Source of the DNA: Planctomycetota bacterium
GTDB lineage: Bacteria > Planctomycetota > J058
NCBI GenBank assembly: GCA_003695705.1
Contig: RFHU01000278.1
Span: forward strand, 552-64,551
Direction of reading: 5' to 3'
DNA length: 64,000 nucleotides
The notes under the pieces were generated by a model. It saw only the letters and a list, made by a program, of their open reading frames with translations. It searched no databases and was not told where the DNA came from. The position numbers and the translations under genes were made by a program. Below are positions 1-9,900 of this stretch, in pieces. Every line of letters begins with the position of its first letter. Position 1 is the first letter of the stretch.

Positions 1-2
1 TT

Positions 3-590
3 CGCGTTCGAAGGGGCTACCTGGTCGCGGAAGCGCCAGGGATCAAGGGCTGGCTGAAGACGCACAGCCACCTCCATCGCCTCCTCAGTCGCACCGCCCA
101 CGGGCTCGGCCTGGGCAGCAAGAAACTCGACGCCACCCGGCAGGCCTTCCTCTCCCTGTCCACGCCTTCCGCTTGGGAGGCAGGGCCGTGGAAGGAGGCC
201 CGCGCGGCCTACGGCAGGGCCGTCGGCGCCATGCGCGAGCTCTGCGCCGTCCGGGGGATCCCCTTCGTGGCACTGCTCATTCCCATCCAGCCCGCGGTCG
301 ACCCTTCGGCTGCCAAACTCCTCGCCGCCCGTGCTCCCGACGCCGTCCGTCAAGCGGGCTTCGACTGGAACCTGAGCACGCGCCAAGCCACAGCGCTCCT
401 CGCCGACCTCGGTGTCGTCGCCCTCGATCCCAGCGACGCCTTGCGCACCGCACGCCGCGCGGGGCCCACCCATTTCGACTTCGACGGACACCTCACGCCG
501 CGCGGCTGCCGGGCCGTCGCCGCGGCGCTCCTCGCCCACCGGGACGTCATCTTCTCCGCGAGCGCCGCCACCGACGCTCCGGGTCGTTGA
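3..590 (+). CDS. SGNH/GDSL-type hydrolase-like protein, C-terminal part (5' end upstream of window)
   Basis: Frame 3 is open from the window edge to the stop at 588-590. The C-terminal FDFDGHLTPRG resembles SGNH block V (DxxH). A strong hairpin follows at 637-671. Confidence 0.55.
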   Translation, partial: RVRRGYLVAEAPGIKGWLKTHSHLHRLLSRTAHGLGLGSKKLDATRQAFLSLSTPSAWEAGPWKEARAAYGRAVGAMRELCAVRGIPFVALLIPIQPAVDPSAAKLLAARAPDAVRQAGFDWNLSTRQATALLADLGVVALDPSDALRTARRAGPTHFDFDGHLTPRGCRAVAAALLAHRDVIFSASAATDAPGR

Positions 591-592
591 CT

Positions 593-1159
593 TCAACGGC
601 CTCGGGGCCCGCTCGGGGCGCCTGCTCGCAACGTGCGGTGGAGGAGCGAGGAAGTCCACCGCTCCTCCACCGCGAGGAAGCCCGACCTGGTCTCGGGCTC
701 CTTGGGCTGCGCCGCTCGCTCTCGGGACCCGGTTCGCGCGGAGGGGACCCGGTCGCGGCGGCCCTGCGCCGGGTAGCTCGGAAGCGGAGGGTTGCCCCCT
801 TCCGTCCGCTCGTGCGAAGGCGAGCGGGCGCTGGTGGGGAAGCTCCTCTCGCCGCAAGGGCCGTAGCCCGCCGCCCGCAGCTTGGCGACGACCCTCTCCG
901 AAGGGAGCTCGTGGGTGTTCTCGGACTCTACCGGGAAGCCCCCCTTGCGGAAGTCGACGGCCACCCGAGGTCCTCCCCACCGCAGACGCTCCGCGAGGCG
1001 CGCGAAGCAGGCCAGCCGGTCGCCCGTGCGAAGGCAAGTGTCGCACACGCATACTGCGTCCACTGCCTTCGGCAGGCCCGGATCGTCGGGAGCGCCCACC
1101 AAGGAGACCGGGTTGCCGAGGCCCTCGTGGCGCGAGCGGACGGGGTAGGCAGCCAGGAC
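593..1159 (-). CDS. Hypothetical protein resembling the C-terminal half of a class I SAM-dependent methyltransferase; start unresolved, possible remnant
   Basis: The segment AVDAVCVCDTCLRTGDRLACFARLAERLRWGGPRVAVDF...VVAKLRAAGY resembles MTase post-motif-II to motif-V regions. No GxGxG SAM-binding motif and no canonical start lie below the Sel1 stop at 1168. The C-terminal tail is low complexity and runs through the 637-671 hairpin. Confidence 0.3.
   Translation of the reverse strand, partial: VLAAYPVRSRHEGLGNPVSLVGAPDDPGLPKAVDAVCVCDTCLRTGDRLACFARLAERLRWGGPRVAVDFRKGGFPVESENTHELPSERVVAKLRAAGYGPCGERSFPTSARSPSHERTEGGNPPLPSYPAQGRRDRVPSARTGSRERAAQPKEPETRSGFLAVEERWTSSLLHRTLRAGAPSGPRGR
637..671. terminator. 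GC-rich hairpin between convergent genes (12-bp perfect stem GGTGGAGGAGCG / CGCTCCTCCACC, 11-nt loop)
   Basis: Inverted repeat read directly from the sequence, 47 nt after the plus-strand stop at 590. No U-tract. Confidence 0.4.
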
Positions 1160-1167
1160 TTCCTGCC

Positions 1168-2691
1168 TCAGCGTTCCTCGGCCTTCCCCCCGCCGGGGTC
1201 GACGGGCGCCCCCAGGGCGTCGAGCGCGGCCGCGGCTTCCGGATGCCCCGCGGCGAGGGCGCGCCGGTACCAACGGGCAGCGGTCTCGGGGTCTCGGTCC
1301 AGGCCCGCTTCGCCGCGCTCGCTCAAGCGACCGAGCAGGAAGAGGGCGTGGGCGTCCTGCGCCTCCGCCGCCTGCAGGAGGAGGCCGACGGCGCGCTCGG
1401 GCCGGCAAGGGCCCCCCACGCCGTCGAGGAGGCAGCGGGCCGCTCGAGTCGCCGCCGGCCCGTCTCCCGCCTCGGCCGCGCGCAGGAGCCAGCGCCGGCC
1501 CTCGGCGGGTCGCGCCTCGGTCCCCACGCCCTCGAGGAGGGCTTCTCCCCAAAGGCGCATGCCGCGCGGGCTCCCCGCCCGCGCGGCCCGGTGCAGCCAA
1601 CGCGCCGCGAGCGCGGGGTCGCGCCGCAGCACCCCCCCGCCGCGGCGTAGACGCTCAGCCATGCGCAGCATGCTCGGAACGTGCCCCTCGTCGGCGGCGC
1701 GAGCCCACAGCGCCAGCGCCTTGACCTCGTCCCGCGGCCCGCCGAGCCCCTCGGCGCACAGCCGCGCCAGGCGCGCCATTCCTTCGCGGTCGCCGCCGCG
1801 CGCGGCTTCCTCGTAAAGGGTCCGCGCGCGCTCGAGGTCGCGCGGCACCCCCCAGGCGCGCTCGTAGAGCCAGCCCAGGGCGGCGTTCGCCCGCGGCGAG
1901 CCCAGCGCCGCAGAGCGCTCGTACCAGCGCCGAGCTTGCACGGGGTCCGCCGGGGCCCCCCGGCCGGATTCGTAGGCCGCTCCGAGGGCGTACGCCCCGC
2001 GGGCGTCTCCTCGCTCGGCGGCGCGGCGGTACCACGCAAGGGCCGCCTCGGGTCGTCGGGGGCCCCCGCGCCCGCGCATCATCATGGCGCCGAGGTGGAG
2101 CATCGCCTCCACGTGGCCGCCCCGCGCCGCCCGTTCGTAGAGTGCGCGGGCTCGGGCCTGGTTCTTCGCGACGCCGCGCCCGAAGGCAAGGTCCAGCGCC
2201 TTTTCGAAGAGCGCCTGCGGTTCGTTCCCCGCCCGCGGAGCCAACGCGCCGTTTCGCTTCCCCTGCTCTGTCTCCTCGCGGTCAGCCTCTTCACGGGCCG
2301 GCGCTCCGCCCAGGGCCTTCCCTTCCGGCTCACGTCCCCTGCCGCCTGCTTGCTTCTCGCCCTGCGCGCAGGCCACGCCCGCCTGCAAGACGCAGGAGGC
2401 GCTCGCTCCCGCTGCGCAGGCCGCGAGCGCCAAGGCCGCAAGGGCCCGTCCGCGGCGGGTCCGCCGCGGACGACCGTGCCCGTGTCGCCGCCGCCCCGGA
2501 AGGCACGCCGCGCGGAGCGGCGATCTGCGCACGGGGTCGCGCGGTTCCGCCGTGGCGGCAGTGTCCGGTCTCCGCCACGCCGTCGTGCTCGGACGCTCGG
2601 TGCAGCGGCCTCCTGCCGGCCAAGCCTGCTCGGCGTCCGGCGCCTTCCGAGCGCGTCCACCGTGCGACCCGTCCCACCGCTTCACGGCCAC
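1168..2691 (-). CDS. Sel1-like repeat (SLR/TPR-family) protein, probably secreted or lipoprotein
   Basis: About ten tandem Sel1-type repeats (A..WYRRAAERGDARGAYALGAAYESGRG, ARRWYERSAALGSPRANAALGWLY, and so on). A signal-like ALAALALAACAAGASASC lies near residue 85, so the true start is probably downstream of the GTG at 2691. Confidence 0.85.
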   Translation of the reverse strand: MAVKRWDGSHGGRARKAPDAEQAWPAGGRCTERPSTTAWRRPDTAATAEPRDPVRRSPLRAACLPGRRRHGHGRPRRTRRGRALAALALAACAAGASASCVLQAGVACAQGEKQAGGRGREPEGKALGGAPAREEADREETEQGKRNGALAPRAGNEPQALFEKALDLAFGRGVAKNQARARALYERAARGGHVEAMLHLGAMMMRGRGGPRRPEAALAWYRRAAERGDARGAYALGAAYESGRGAPADPVQARRWYERSAALGSPRANAALGWLYERAWGVPRDLERARTLYEEAARGGDREGMARLARLCAEGLGGPRDEVKALALWARAADEGHVPSMLRMAERLRRGGGVLRRDPALAARWLHRAARAGSPRGMRLWGEALLEGVGTEARPAEGRRWLLRAAEAGDGPAATRAARCLLDGVGGPCRPERAVGLLLQAAEAQDAHALFLLGRLSERGEAGLDRDPETAARWYRRALAAGHPEAAAALDALGAPVDPGGGKAEER

Positions 2692-3241
2692 GCACTATAC
2701 CTCTTGACACCAGTCGCTCGACCTTCCTCTCTCGATCCCGGCGAGTCTGGCCGCGGGGCGCAACGCTGCGTTCCCCGTCGTACGACCCGTCCGACCGGCT
2801 GGGAAGGTTCCGCGGCCTGCAGGATCCGGGCCGGGCAGGGGAATCGCGTCGCGCCCCTCCCCCCGGTGGCGTCTCTCTTCTTGGGGAGAAAGGCCTGCGG
2901 TCGCCTTGCCCCGGGGGTCGGCCTCCGATCTCGCTCGTCGCAGCACGCGGTGCCTCGGTTCGGACCACGCCGCGTCGGGTCCCCGAGCGCGCCGCTCGCG
3001 GAGGCCCGAGACAGACGGAGTGAGGAGGTCCCCCGGCCTTCGGGCCGCGGCGGACGAAGGCCGCCAGCAGAACCCCGGGGGCGTCGTGGTGCCCGGGAGG
3101 ACCTGCTCGCCTTGCCGCGCGGGGGGTCGTATGCTTGCCACCCTACGGGAGGAGCAGGTCGTCTCCGCGCCCGCACCACGGGAGGCGGGGGCGACCCCAA
3201 ACGACCGGCACCACCCTCTCCTCCCCTTCGAGAGGACGCTC

Positions 3242-5404
3242 ATGACCCCTCCTCCCGTTGCCCTCGCTTCGGAAGTCCGCGAGGTCACCGTCTACCGCGA
3301 AGGAGCGCGGGTGGTCCGGGTCGCCGAGTTGGAGGGCGACTGGCCCCAAGCCGTGCGCTTCGAAGGGTTGCCCCTCTCCCTCGACGACGAGAGCGTGCGC
3401 GTCCGCGTCGACGCCGAGGGCGAGGCCCCTCGGCCGGCCGACGTGCGCGCCGAGGTCGGCGTCCCTCCGGCCTCCCCGGCGGAAGCCGCCCCCGATCCCG
3501 AGGCCTTGCGGGCGGCGCGCCGACGCGCCGCCGAGCTCCGTCGCGCGCTGGCCCGCGTCGACAGCGAGTTGGAGCACTTGCGCCGCGTCTCCCTCACCTT
3601 GCCGGCACCCCGCGACGGCGCGGTGCCGGCGGTCGCCCCCAGCGCCGCCTGGCGCGGGGCTCTTGCCTGGCTCGCGGCGGCCAAGAAGGAACTTCTCGCC
3701 GAGCGCCACGAGCTGCTCGCCGAATGCCGGGCGGGCGACGAAGACGTCGCCCGCCTCGAACTCCGCGCGGCGGCCGACAGGGCGCAGGGAGACGCGCGCG
3801 CCGCACAGGTCAGCAAGCGCGTCGTCGTTCGTCTACGTGGCCCCCGCGGCCGCGGACGCGGTCGCCTTCGCCTCGAATACCACGTCCCGGGCGCCCGTTG
3901 GATTCCCTCCTACGTGGTTCGCGTGGCGCGCGACGGGCGCAGCGCGCGGCTCGCGCTTCGCGCCCACGTTGCCCAAGCCACGGGCGAGGCGTGGCAGCGC
4001 GTGCGACTCTCCCTTTCCACCGCCGACCTGCGCCGCGAGACCGCCCTCCCCGAGCTGCGGTCCCTGCGCATCGGGCGGCGCCAACCAGCGCCTTGTCGTC
4101 GCGCGTGGCGGCCCCCGCCGGAGGGAAGCGACGACCTGTTCGCGGGCCTCGACGCAGCCGCGCAGCAGAGCCCTGGCTTGCGGCGGCTCCCGCCTCGCGC
4201 CGACGAAGAACTCTTCGATTCCGGAGAGGACCTCTCCCAGCTCGACGAGGCCTACGCCCCTCCGCCGCCCGACTCCGTTCCCCTTCCCGAGGGAGATCCC
4301 TTCGGTGGCGCCCCCGTGAGGCTCGCGTCGACCGCTCCGACGCCGTCCCCCTCCCCCGAGGCCGTGGACGCGGCGGCCGAGAAGCTCTTCCCCGCTGGGG
4401 GCGCGCCTCCCCCCCTGCGCAAGCGCTCCGGGGCTTCCCCCGCCGCCAAGTCTCTGTCCGCCGACGCCCAGGCCTGCCCGCCGCCCTCTCCCCCCAAGGC
4501 CGAGGCGCCGGCGGGGGTCACCCCCGAAGCTTCCCTCCTCCGCTACGGAGACCTCCTCCTTCGCCCGTGGGACGACGTCCCCGAGCGCCGGGGTCGGCTC
4601 GAGCCGGCCGGCTGGGAGGAGCGGCTCGGCGGACTCGAGGCCGAGGCCCGCGAGGCCGCCCTTCGCCGCTTGGGCGAGGCCCTCGACCGCGCGCACCGGG
4701 CTCGCTCCATCGACCTGCCCCCCGGGGCGGTCGCGGTCGACGACTCCAGCGGCGGCGGCGCCTACCGCTACGACGCCGAGGGGCCCGTCGACGTCCCGGA
4801 CGACGGAACCCTGCACAGCGTGCCCCTCTTCGCCCGCCGCGCGTCCATCGCGCTGACCTTGGTCGTCGTCCCGCGCGAGAGCGAGCGCGCCGTGCGCGTC
4901 GCACGTCTGGAGAACCCCTTGGAGATCCCGCTCCTGGCCGGGCCGGCGGACGTCTACCTCGAAGACGAATTCCTGGTCACCGCGCGATTGCGCACGGTGC
5001 CGGCCGGCGGCGACCTCGAACTCGGCCTCGGTGTGGAGGAGGCGCTCAAGGTGGCTCGGAAGGCCTTCGTCCGAGAGGCCTCGCGTGGACTTCTCGGCGG
5101 CGGGCGGGACGTGGTCCACGAGGTCCGCATCGAGGTGGCCTCTCGCCTCGCCGTCGCCGCCGAGGTCGAGGTCCGCGAGCGGGTGCCCGTTCCCGCCGAC
5201 GAGGACGAGTCGATCGAGGTCGTCGACGAGCGCAGCGATCCGACCTGGGAGGAGTTCGCACAGGACGAGGCCGTCCCCCTGCGCGGCGGTCGCCGCTGGC
5301 GGTTCCGCCTCGAACCGGGCGCCGAGCGCGAACTCACCTTCGCCTACACCCTGCGCCTCGACGCCAAGGACGAAGTCGTTGGCGGGAACCGGAGGGAAGC
5401 ATGA
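3242..5404 (+). CDS. DUF4140/DUF4139 (TIGR02231, MuiA-like) family protein, long paralog with Pro/Ala-rich insertion
   Basis: ATG at 3242 with AGAGG upstream. The N-terminus VREVTVYREGARVVRVAEL...FEGLPLSLDDESVRVRV is typical of DUF4140. A coiled-coil segment follows. The C-terminal beta-rich region ends ...ERELTFAYTLRLD. An alternative upstream ATG exists at 3131. Confidence 0.8.
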   Translation: MTPPPVALASEVREVTVYREGARVVRVAELEGDWPQAVRFEGLPLSLDDESVRVRVDAEGEAPRPADVRAEVGVPPASPAEAAPDPEALRAARRRAAELRRALARVDSELEHLRRVSLTLPAPRDGAVPAVAPSAAWRGALAWLAAAKKELLAERHELLAECRAGDEDVARLELRAAADRAQGDARAAQVSKRVVVRLRGPRGRGRGRLRLEYHVPGARWIPSYVVRVARDGRSARLALRAHVAQATGEAWQRVRLSLSTADLRRETALPELRSLRIGRRQPAPCRRAWRPPPEGSDDLFAGLDAAAQQSPGLRRLPPRADEELFDSGEDLSQLDEAYAPPPPDSVPLPEGDPFGGAPVRLASTAPTPSPSPEAVDAAAEKLFPAGGAPPPLRKRSGASPAAKSLSADAQACPPPSPPKAEAPAGVTPEASLLRYGDLLLRPWDDVPERRGRLEPAGWEERLGGLEAEAREAALRRLGEALDRAHRARSIDLPPGAVAVDDSSGGGAYRYDAEGPVDVPDDGTLHSVPLFARRASIALTLVVVPRESERAVRVARLENPLEIPLLAGPADVYLEDEFLVTARLRTVPAGGDLELGLGVEEALKVARKAFVREASRGLLGGGRDVVHEVRIEVASRLAVAAEVEVRERVPVPADEDESIEVVDERSDPTWEEFAQDEAVPLRGGRRWRFRLEPGAERELTFAYTLRLDAKDEVVGGNRREA

Positions 5405-6948
5405 CCCCCCAGGCCCCCCTCGCCCGCGAACTCGACGCGCCGATCCTGCGGGTCACCCTCCTCGAAGACCGCGCCCAGGTGCGCCGCAGCGGTTGCGTGC
5501 GCATCGCCGCAGGGAACCACCGCCTCCGGGTGCGCGGTGTCTCGCCCGCCATCGCCGACCGCAGCCTCGTCGCCAGGAGCCCCGCCGGAGTGCGCGTGCA
5601 CGAGCTGAGCGTCGCTCGTCGCTGGCGCGTGGGTTCCTCGGAACTCCCCGCGGAGCGGGCCCAGGCCCTCGCCGAACGACGTGCCATCGGCGACGACCTC
5701 GCGCGCCTGCAGGGCGAGCTCGCCCTGCTCCGCGAACGCTCCGCCCTCGCCGACCGCGCCCTCGGCCTCGTCGTCGACGGGATCGACCGCGCGCTCCCCT
5801 ACGCCGAGGAATTCCCCGCGGTCTGGTCGAGCGACGTTCGCGACTTCGCCCGCGCCGCCCGCGAGGCGGAGGAAGCGGTCGCCACGTGCGAGCAGGCCAT
5901 CGCAGACCTCGAGGCCCGTCTCGCCGAACACGACCTGCGCAACGCTCCCTCCGCCGCGTCGTCGGCCGTGCTGGAGGCCGAGCTGGTCGTGGACCTCGTC
6001 GCCGAGGCCGACGCCGAGGTGGAATTGGCACTCGACTACGTGGTTCCCTGCGCGCTCTGGCGCCCTGCGCATCGCGCGACCCTGGTCGACGCCGAGGTGC
6101 GCTTCGAGTACGAGGCTGCGGTGTGGCAGGCCACCGGAGAGGATTGGGTCGACGTCGAACTCCTCTTCTCCACCGCGCGGCCGACGCAGCGCTCGGAGCC
6201 GCCACGGCTGGAGGACGACCTCCTGCGCGTTCGCCGTCGCCAGAGCAAGGTCGTCGACGTGGCCGTGCGGGAAGAGGTCATCGCCTCCACCGGCGAGGGC
6301 CGCGACGAGACCCTCGCCGAACTGCCGGGCGTCGACGACGGCGGCGAAGCCCGTACCCTCTCCGCGCCCACGCGCGCCAGCATCCCCGCCGACGGACGCC
6401 TGCACCGTGTCCCGCTCCTCTCCTTCGCGAGCCCGGCCGAGGTCGAGCGCGTGTGCCGTCCCGAGCTCAGCCCCATGGTCCACTCGATCAGTCGGCAGAC
6501 GAACCACGGACCGCAGCCCATCCTCGCCGGGCCGGTCGAACTCGCTCGCGAGAGCGGCCTGGTCGGCTGGGGAGAGGTCGGCTTCGTGGCCCCTGGGGAA
6601 CGATTCCTCCTCGGTTGGGGCGCCGAAGACGCCGTGCGCGTGCTCCGCGCCGTCGAGGAACGCGAGGACGAAGGCTTCCTCGCTCGCAAGCGCCGCCGCC
6701 GGCGCACGGTCACCTTGCGCCTGTGCAACCAGGAGCCCCTCCCCGTCGCCTTCCGGCTCGAGGAGCGCATTCCGGTCTCGGAGGTCGACGAAGTCGAGGT
6801 GGCCATCGACCCCGAGGCGACGCGACCGCCCGCTCGCGCCGACGAAGAGGGCATCGTGGCCTGGGACATCGAGCTTCCCCCGCGCGGAGCCCGGGAAGTG
6901 GTCTTGACCTACACCATCAGCGCGTCTCGGACCGTTCGCGGGCTCTGA
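5401..6948 (+). CDS. DUF4140/DUF4139 (TIGR02231, MuiA-like) family protein, short paralog
   Basis: ATG at 5401 overlaps the upstream stop (ATGA). ILRVTLLEDRAQVRRSGCVRIAAGNHRLRVRGVSPAIADRSLV, then a coiled coil, then a DUF4139-like C-terminus ending REVVLTYTISASR. Confidence 0.8.
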   Translation: MTPQAPLARELDAPILRVTLLEDRAQVRRSGCVRIAAGNHRLRVRGVSPAIADRSLVARSPAGVRVHELSVARRWRVGSSELPAERAQALAERRAIGDDLARLQGELALLRERSALADRALGLVVDGIDRALPYAEEFPAVWSSDVRDFARAAREAEEAVATCEQAIADLEARLAEHDLRNAPSAASSAVLEAELVVDLVAEADAEVELALDYVVPCALWRPAHRATLVDAEVRFEYEAAVWQATGEDWVDVELLFSTARPTQRSEPPRLEDDLLRVRRRQSKVVDVAVREEVIASTGEGRDETLAELPGVDDGGEARTLSAPTRASIPADGRLHRVPLLSFASPAEVERVCRPELSPMVHSISRQTNHGPQPILAGPVELARESGLVGWGEVGFVAPGERFLLGWGAEDAVRVLRAVEEREDEGFLARKRRRRRTVTLRLCNQEPLPVAFRLEERIPVSEVDEVEVAIDPEATRPPARADEEGIVAWDIELPPRGAREVVLTYTISASRTVRGL

Positions 6949-9900
6949 GCGCCCCGTCCGGCGGAGCGAAGAGCGCCCGCAGTTCGGGGCGGGAACGGAG
7001 GGGAACCAGCTCGGGGAAGCGCGCCAAGAGCGACGGAGCGGCCGAAGGAGGTCGGTTCCTCCGCGCGCAGGCCGAGCGCAGGGCGGCCGAGGCCTCGTCG
7101 CTGCGGCCCAGGGCGGCCAGCGCTCGCGCGGCCAGCGCCGTCCGCTCCCCGGCGAGCACGTCGGCGATTCGGCCGAGGCCCCTGCGCAGGGGCAGGTCGC
7201 GCACCCCCTCCAGGATCCCCAAGGCTCGCGCCGCGTGCCCTCGCTCCAGGTAGAGGCGCGCCGCCTCGATGGCGTCGACCACGCGCACTCGGTTCGAGGG
7301 AGCGTAGTAGCGCCGTTCGATTTCGGCGGCCCCTTCGCCCCGCCACGTCTCCAGGGCCCGCAGCGGGCCTCGCTCGGCGTCGCTGGCCACGCGGACCAAG
7401 GCCGCGCGAGCCAGCGCGCTGCGGTAGCCGCGGATCCTTCCGCCGTTCGCGCGCAGGCGCTCGTCCGCGGCGTCGAGCGCGCGCCAGGCGCGCGCGGCCT
7501 GGCCCTGGCGCGCGAGGGAATAGGCCAGGCGCACCAAGGGATGCGGGCTCTCGGGACGGAACCGCTCGGCGTCGCGCCGCAGCAGCCCCACCGCCCGCTC
7601 CAGCGGGGCTGCGGCCGCGGGCGGGGCCGTGAGGAGGGCCAGCGCGAAGTCGCGGTAGGCGTCGTCGTAGGGGTTGCGCTCCCAGGCGGCGACGAAGGCC
7701 TCCCGAGCCGCTTCGACGTCGCCGAGGCCGCCCAGGAGGGCGTTGCCCAGGTAGTAGTGCACCCGTGCGCACCAGGGGCTGAGGCGGGACACGATTCGGT
7801 TGACGTGCACGTTGCGCTTCCAGGAACGCGCGCGGTACTCCGCCTGCGAGATTTCGTCGAGGTATTTCACGTCGGCGCTGGCGGCGCTGGGGTAGAGCCG
7901 TCGCTCCAGTCGGAGCAGCCCGCTCGCTCGCTCCCCTTCGGCGTGGAGCAGTGCGGCCTCGAAGAGGAGTACCTCGAGGGCGCCCGGCTGCGAGCGCTGC
8001 GCTCGCTCGTTCTGCCCGGTTCGAGCGCGTTCCAGCCGCCGCCGGGCCGCGGCGACGTCGCCCCGGGCGAGGGCCAGTCGTCCCCAGAGCGCAAGCAGCC
8101 GCGGGCCGCTCCGGGGAGAACGAGCGAGCTCAGTGCACGCCGCCTCGGCTTGGGCGCGCAGCCCTTCGTCGTTGGCCTGCAAGGCCGCGAGCGCGAGGAG
8201 TTCCCCGAGCTCGGCGCGCGCCCCGAAGGAGAGCCGGCCGCCTCGGGCCAGAGCGGAGGCGGCCCGGCGCGCGGCGTCGGCGAAGTGTCCGGTGTGCAGC
8301 GCGGCGCGAGCGCGGGCGGCCGCGACCCGCACCGCTAGGTCTTCGTCCCCGGCGGCCAACTCCGCGGCGCGCGCGAGGTCGGCCTCCGCTTCGCCCTCCC
8401 GCAGAAGCCACAAGCGCGCCAGGCCTCTCCGCCAGAGGGCGCGTGCGTGGTCGGGTCGATCCGCGAGCAACGCCGTCAGGCGCGCCTCCGCTTCGGCGTA
8501 GCCCTTGCGCCCACCCCCCACGGCTTGCGCCCAGGCGCTCTCCACGTCGCGCTCGAGGGCCAGTTCCGCCTCCCTATGCCGGTAGGCGAGCCCGCCCACC
8601 AGGGCGGTGGCCACCAGGAGCAAGGCCAGCGCCAGCGCGAGAGGGCGGAGGACGCGCCGGCGGCCCATGTGCTCGCGGAGGCGCTTGAGGAGCCCAGGGC
8701 CGCCGCCGCGCACGGGGCGCCCGGCGAGGTAGGCCTCGAGGTCGTCGGCAAAGGCCGCGGCCGTCGGGTAGCGGTCGTCGGGGTCCTTGGCCAGCGCGCA
8801 GCTCACGATGGCCCGCAGGTCGGCGGGGACGCCGCGCCCCGCGAGTTCCGGCGGCGGAGCGAAGGGAGGCGCGGCGCGAGTTCCCCTCTGCGCGGGGAGT
8901 GGGAGCGCGCCCGTGCTGCTCTCCGCCGAGGGCGGCGCGTTGCTTCCTGCGGATCGGGTGGGCTCCGGGATCCCCGGGCGGTCGGGGGCCGAGTATTTGT
9001 CTCCGGCCCAGTCGGGGGGCTCGCGAAGGATGCGCACGTAGAGGTCCATGACCGTGCGCGAACGGAAGGGGTAGCGCCCCGTGACCGCAGCGAACAGCAT
9101 CACCCCCAGGGCCCACACGTCCGCGCGCTGGTCCACGGTTCCTGCCCCGCGCCGGATCTGCTCCGGCGCCATGAACAGCGGGGTTCCCAGGCGGTCGTGG
9201 GTGCGCGTGAGTTCCGCCGCCTCGGCCTCCTCGTCCTTGGCGAGTCCGAAGTCGGCGACCATCGCCCCCCGCTCGGGGTGCAGGAGGACGTTGGCTGGCT
9301 TGAGGTCGCGGTGCACGACCCCGTGGCTGTGCGCGTGGTGGGCCGCGCGGGCTACCTGCACCAAGGTCTCCAGGCGCCAGCGGAGCGAGGGCGGGTCTTC
9401 TTCGTCCTTGAGCCGCGTGTGGAGGGACTCCCTGCCGGGGACCAGGTCCATGGTGAGGTAGTAGACTTCGCCGTCCGTGCCGAAGTCGTGGACGGGAACG
9501 ATGTGCTCGTGCCGCAGGCGCTGCACCGCGGCGGCTTCGCGGCGGAAGCGCGCGACCTGGTCCTCCTGGGCGTCCTCGTCGGGGAAGAGGACCTTGAGGG
9601 CCACGGTCTTCCCCAGCTCGAGGTGCTCGGCCTCGTAGACGACCCCCATGGCTCCGCGCCCGAGTTCGGAGAGGATCCGGTAGCGGCGAAAGGACACTTC
9701 CCCGAGGGGCAGGCCCGGGCGGTAGCGCGAACCGAGCGGCCGCCAGTCGGGTGGGCCGCTCCTGCTCATGGGGTCGGTCGCTTCGCCCGTGGTGGTGAAG
9801 TCGCGTACGGGCACCGCGGCGGGGTCGGTCGGCGGCGCGACGCTGATCTCGCAGCCGCAGCGAGGGCACGTGCCCGCGCGGCTCTGCGAGCCGGCCAGGA

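Noticed and set aside
2694-2709. TTGACA (plus strand) and TATAGT (minus strand) hexamers in the Sel1/DUF4139 divergent region
   Set aside because: Neither has a properly spaced partner hexamer. The TATAGT lies only 2 nt from the listed GTG of the Sel1 ORF, so the assignment is ambiguous.
1681-6948. 1755-aa plus-strand ORF, the longest in the track
   Set aside because: Only the last 515 codons (from the ATG at 5401) look like a protein. The first 3.7 kb is Arg/Pro/Gly-rich, antisense to the Sel1 gene and out of frame across the first DUF4139 gene. This is a typical high-GC artefact.
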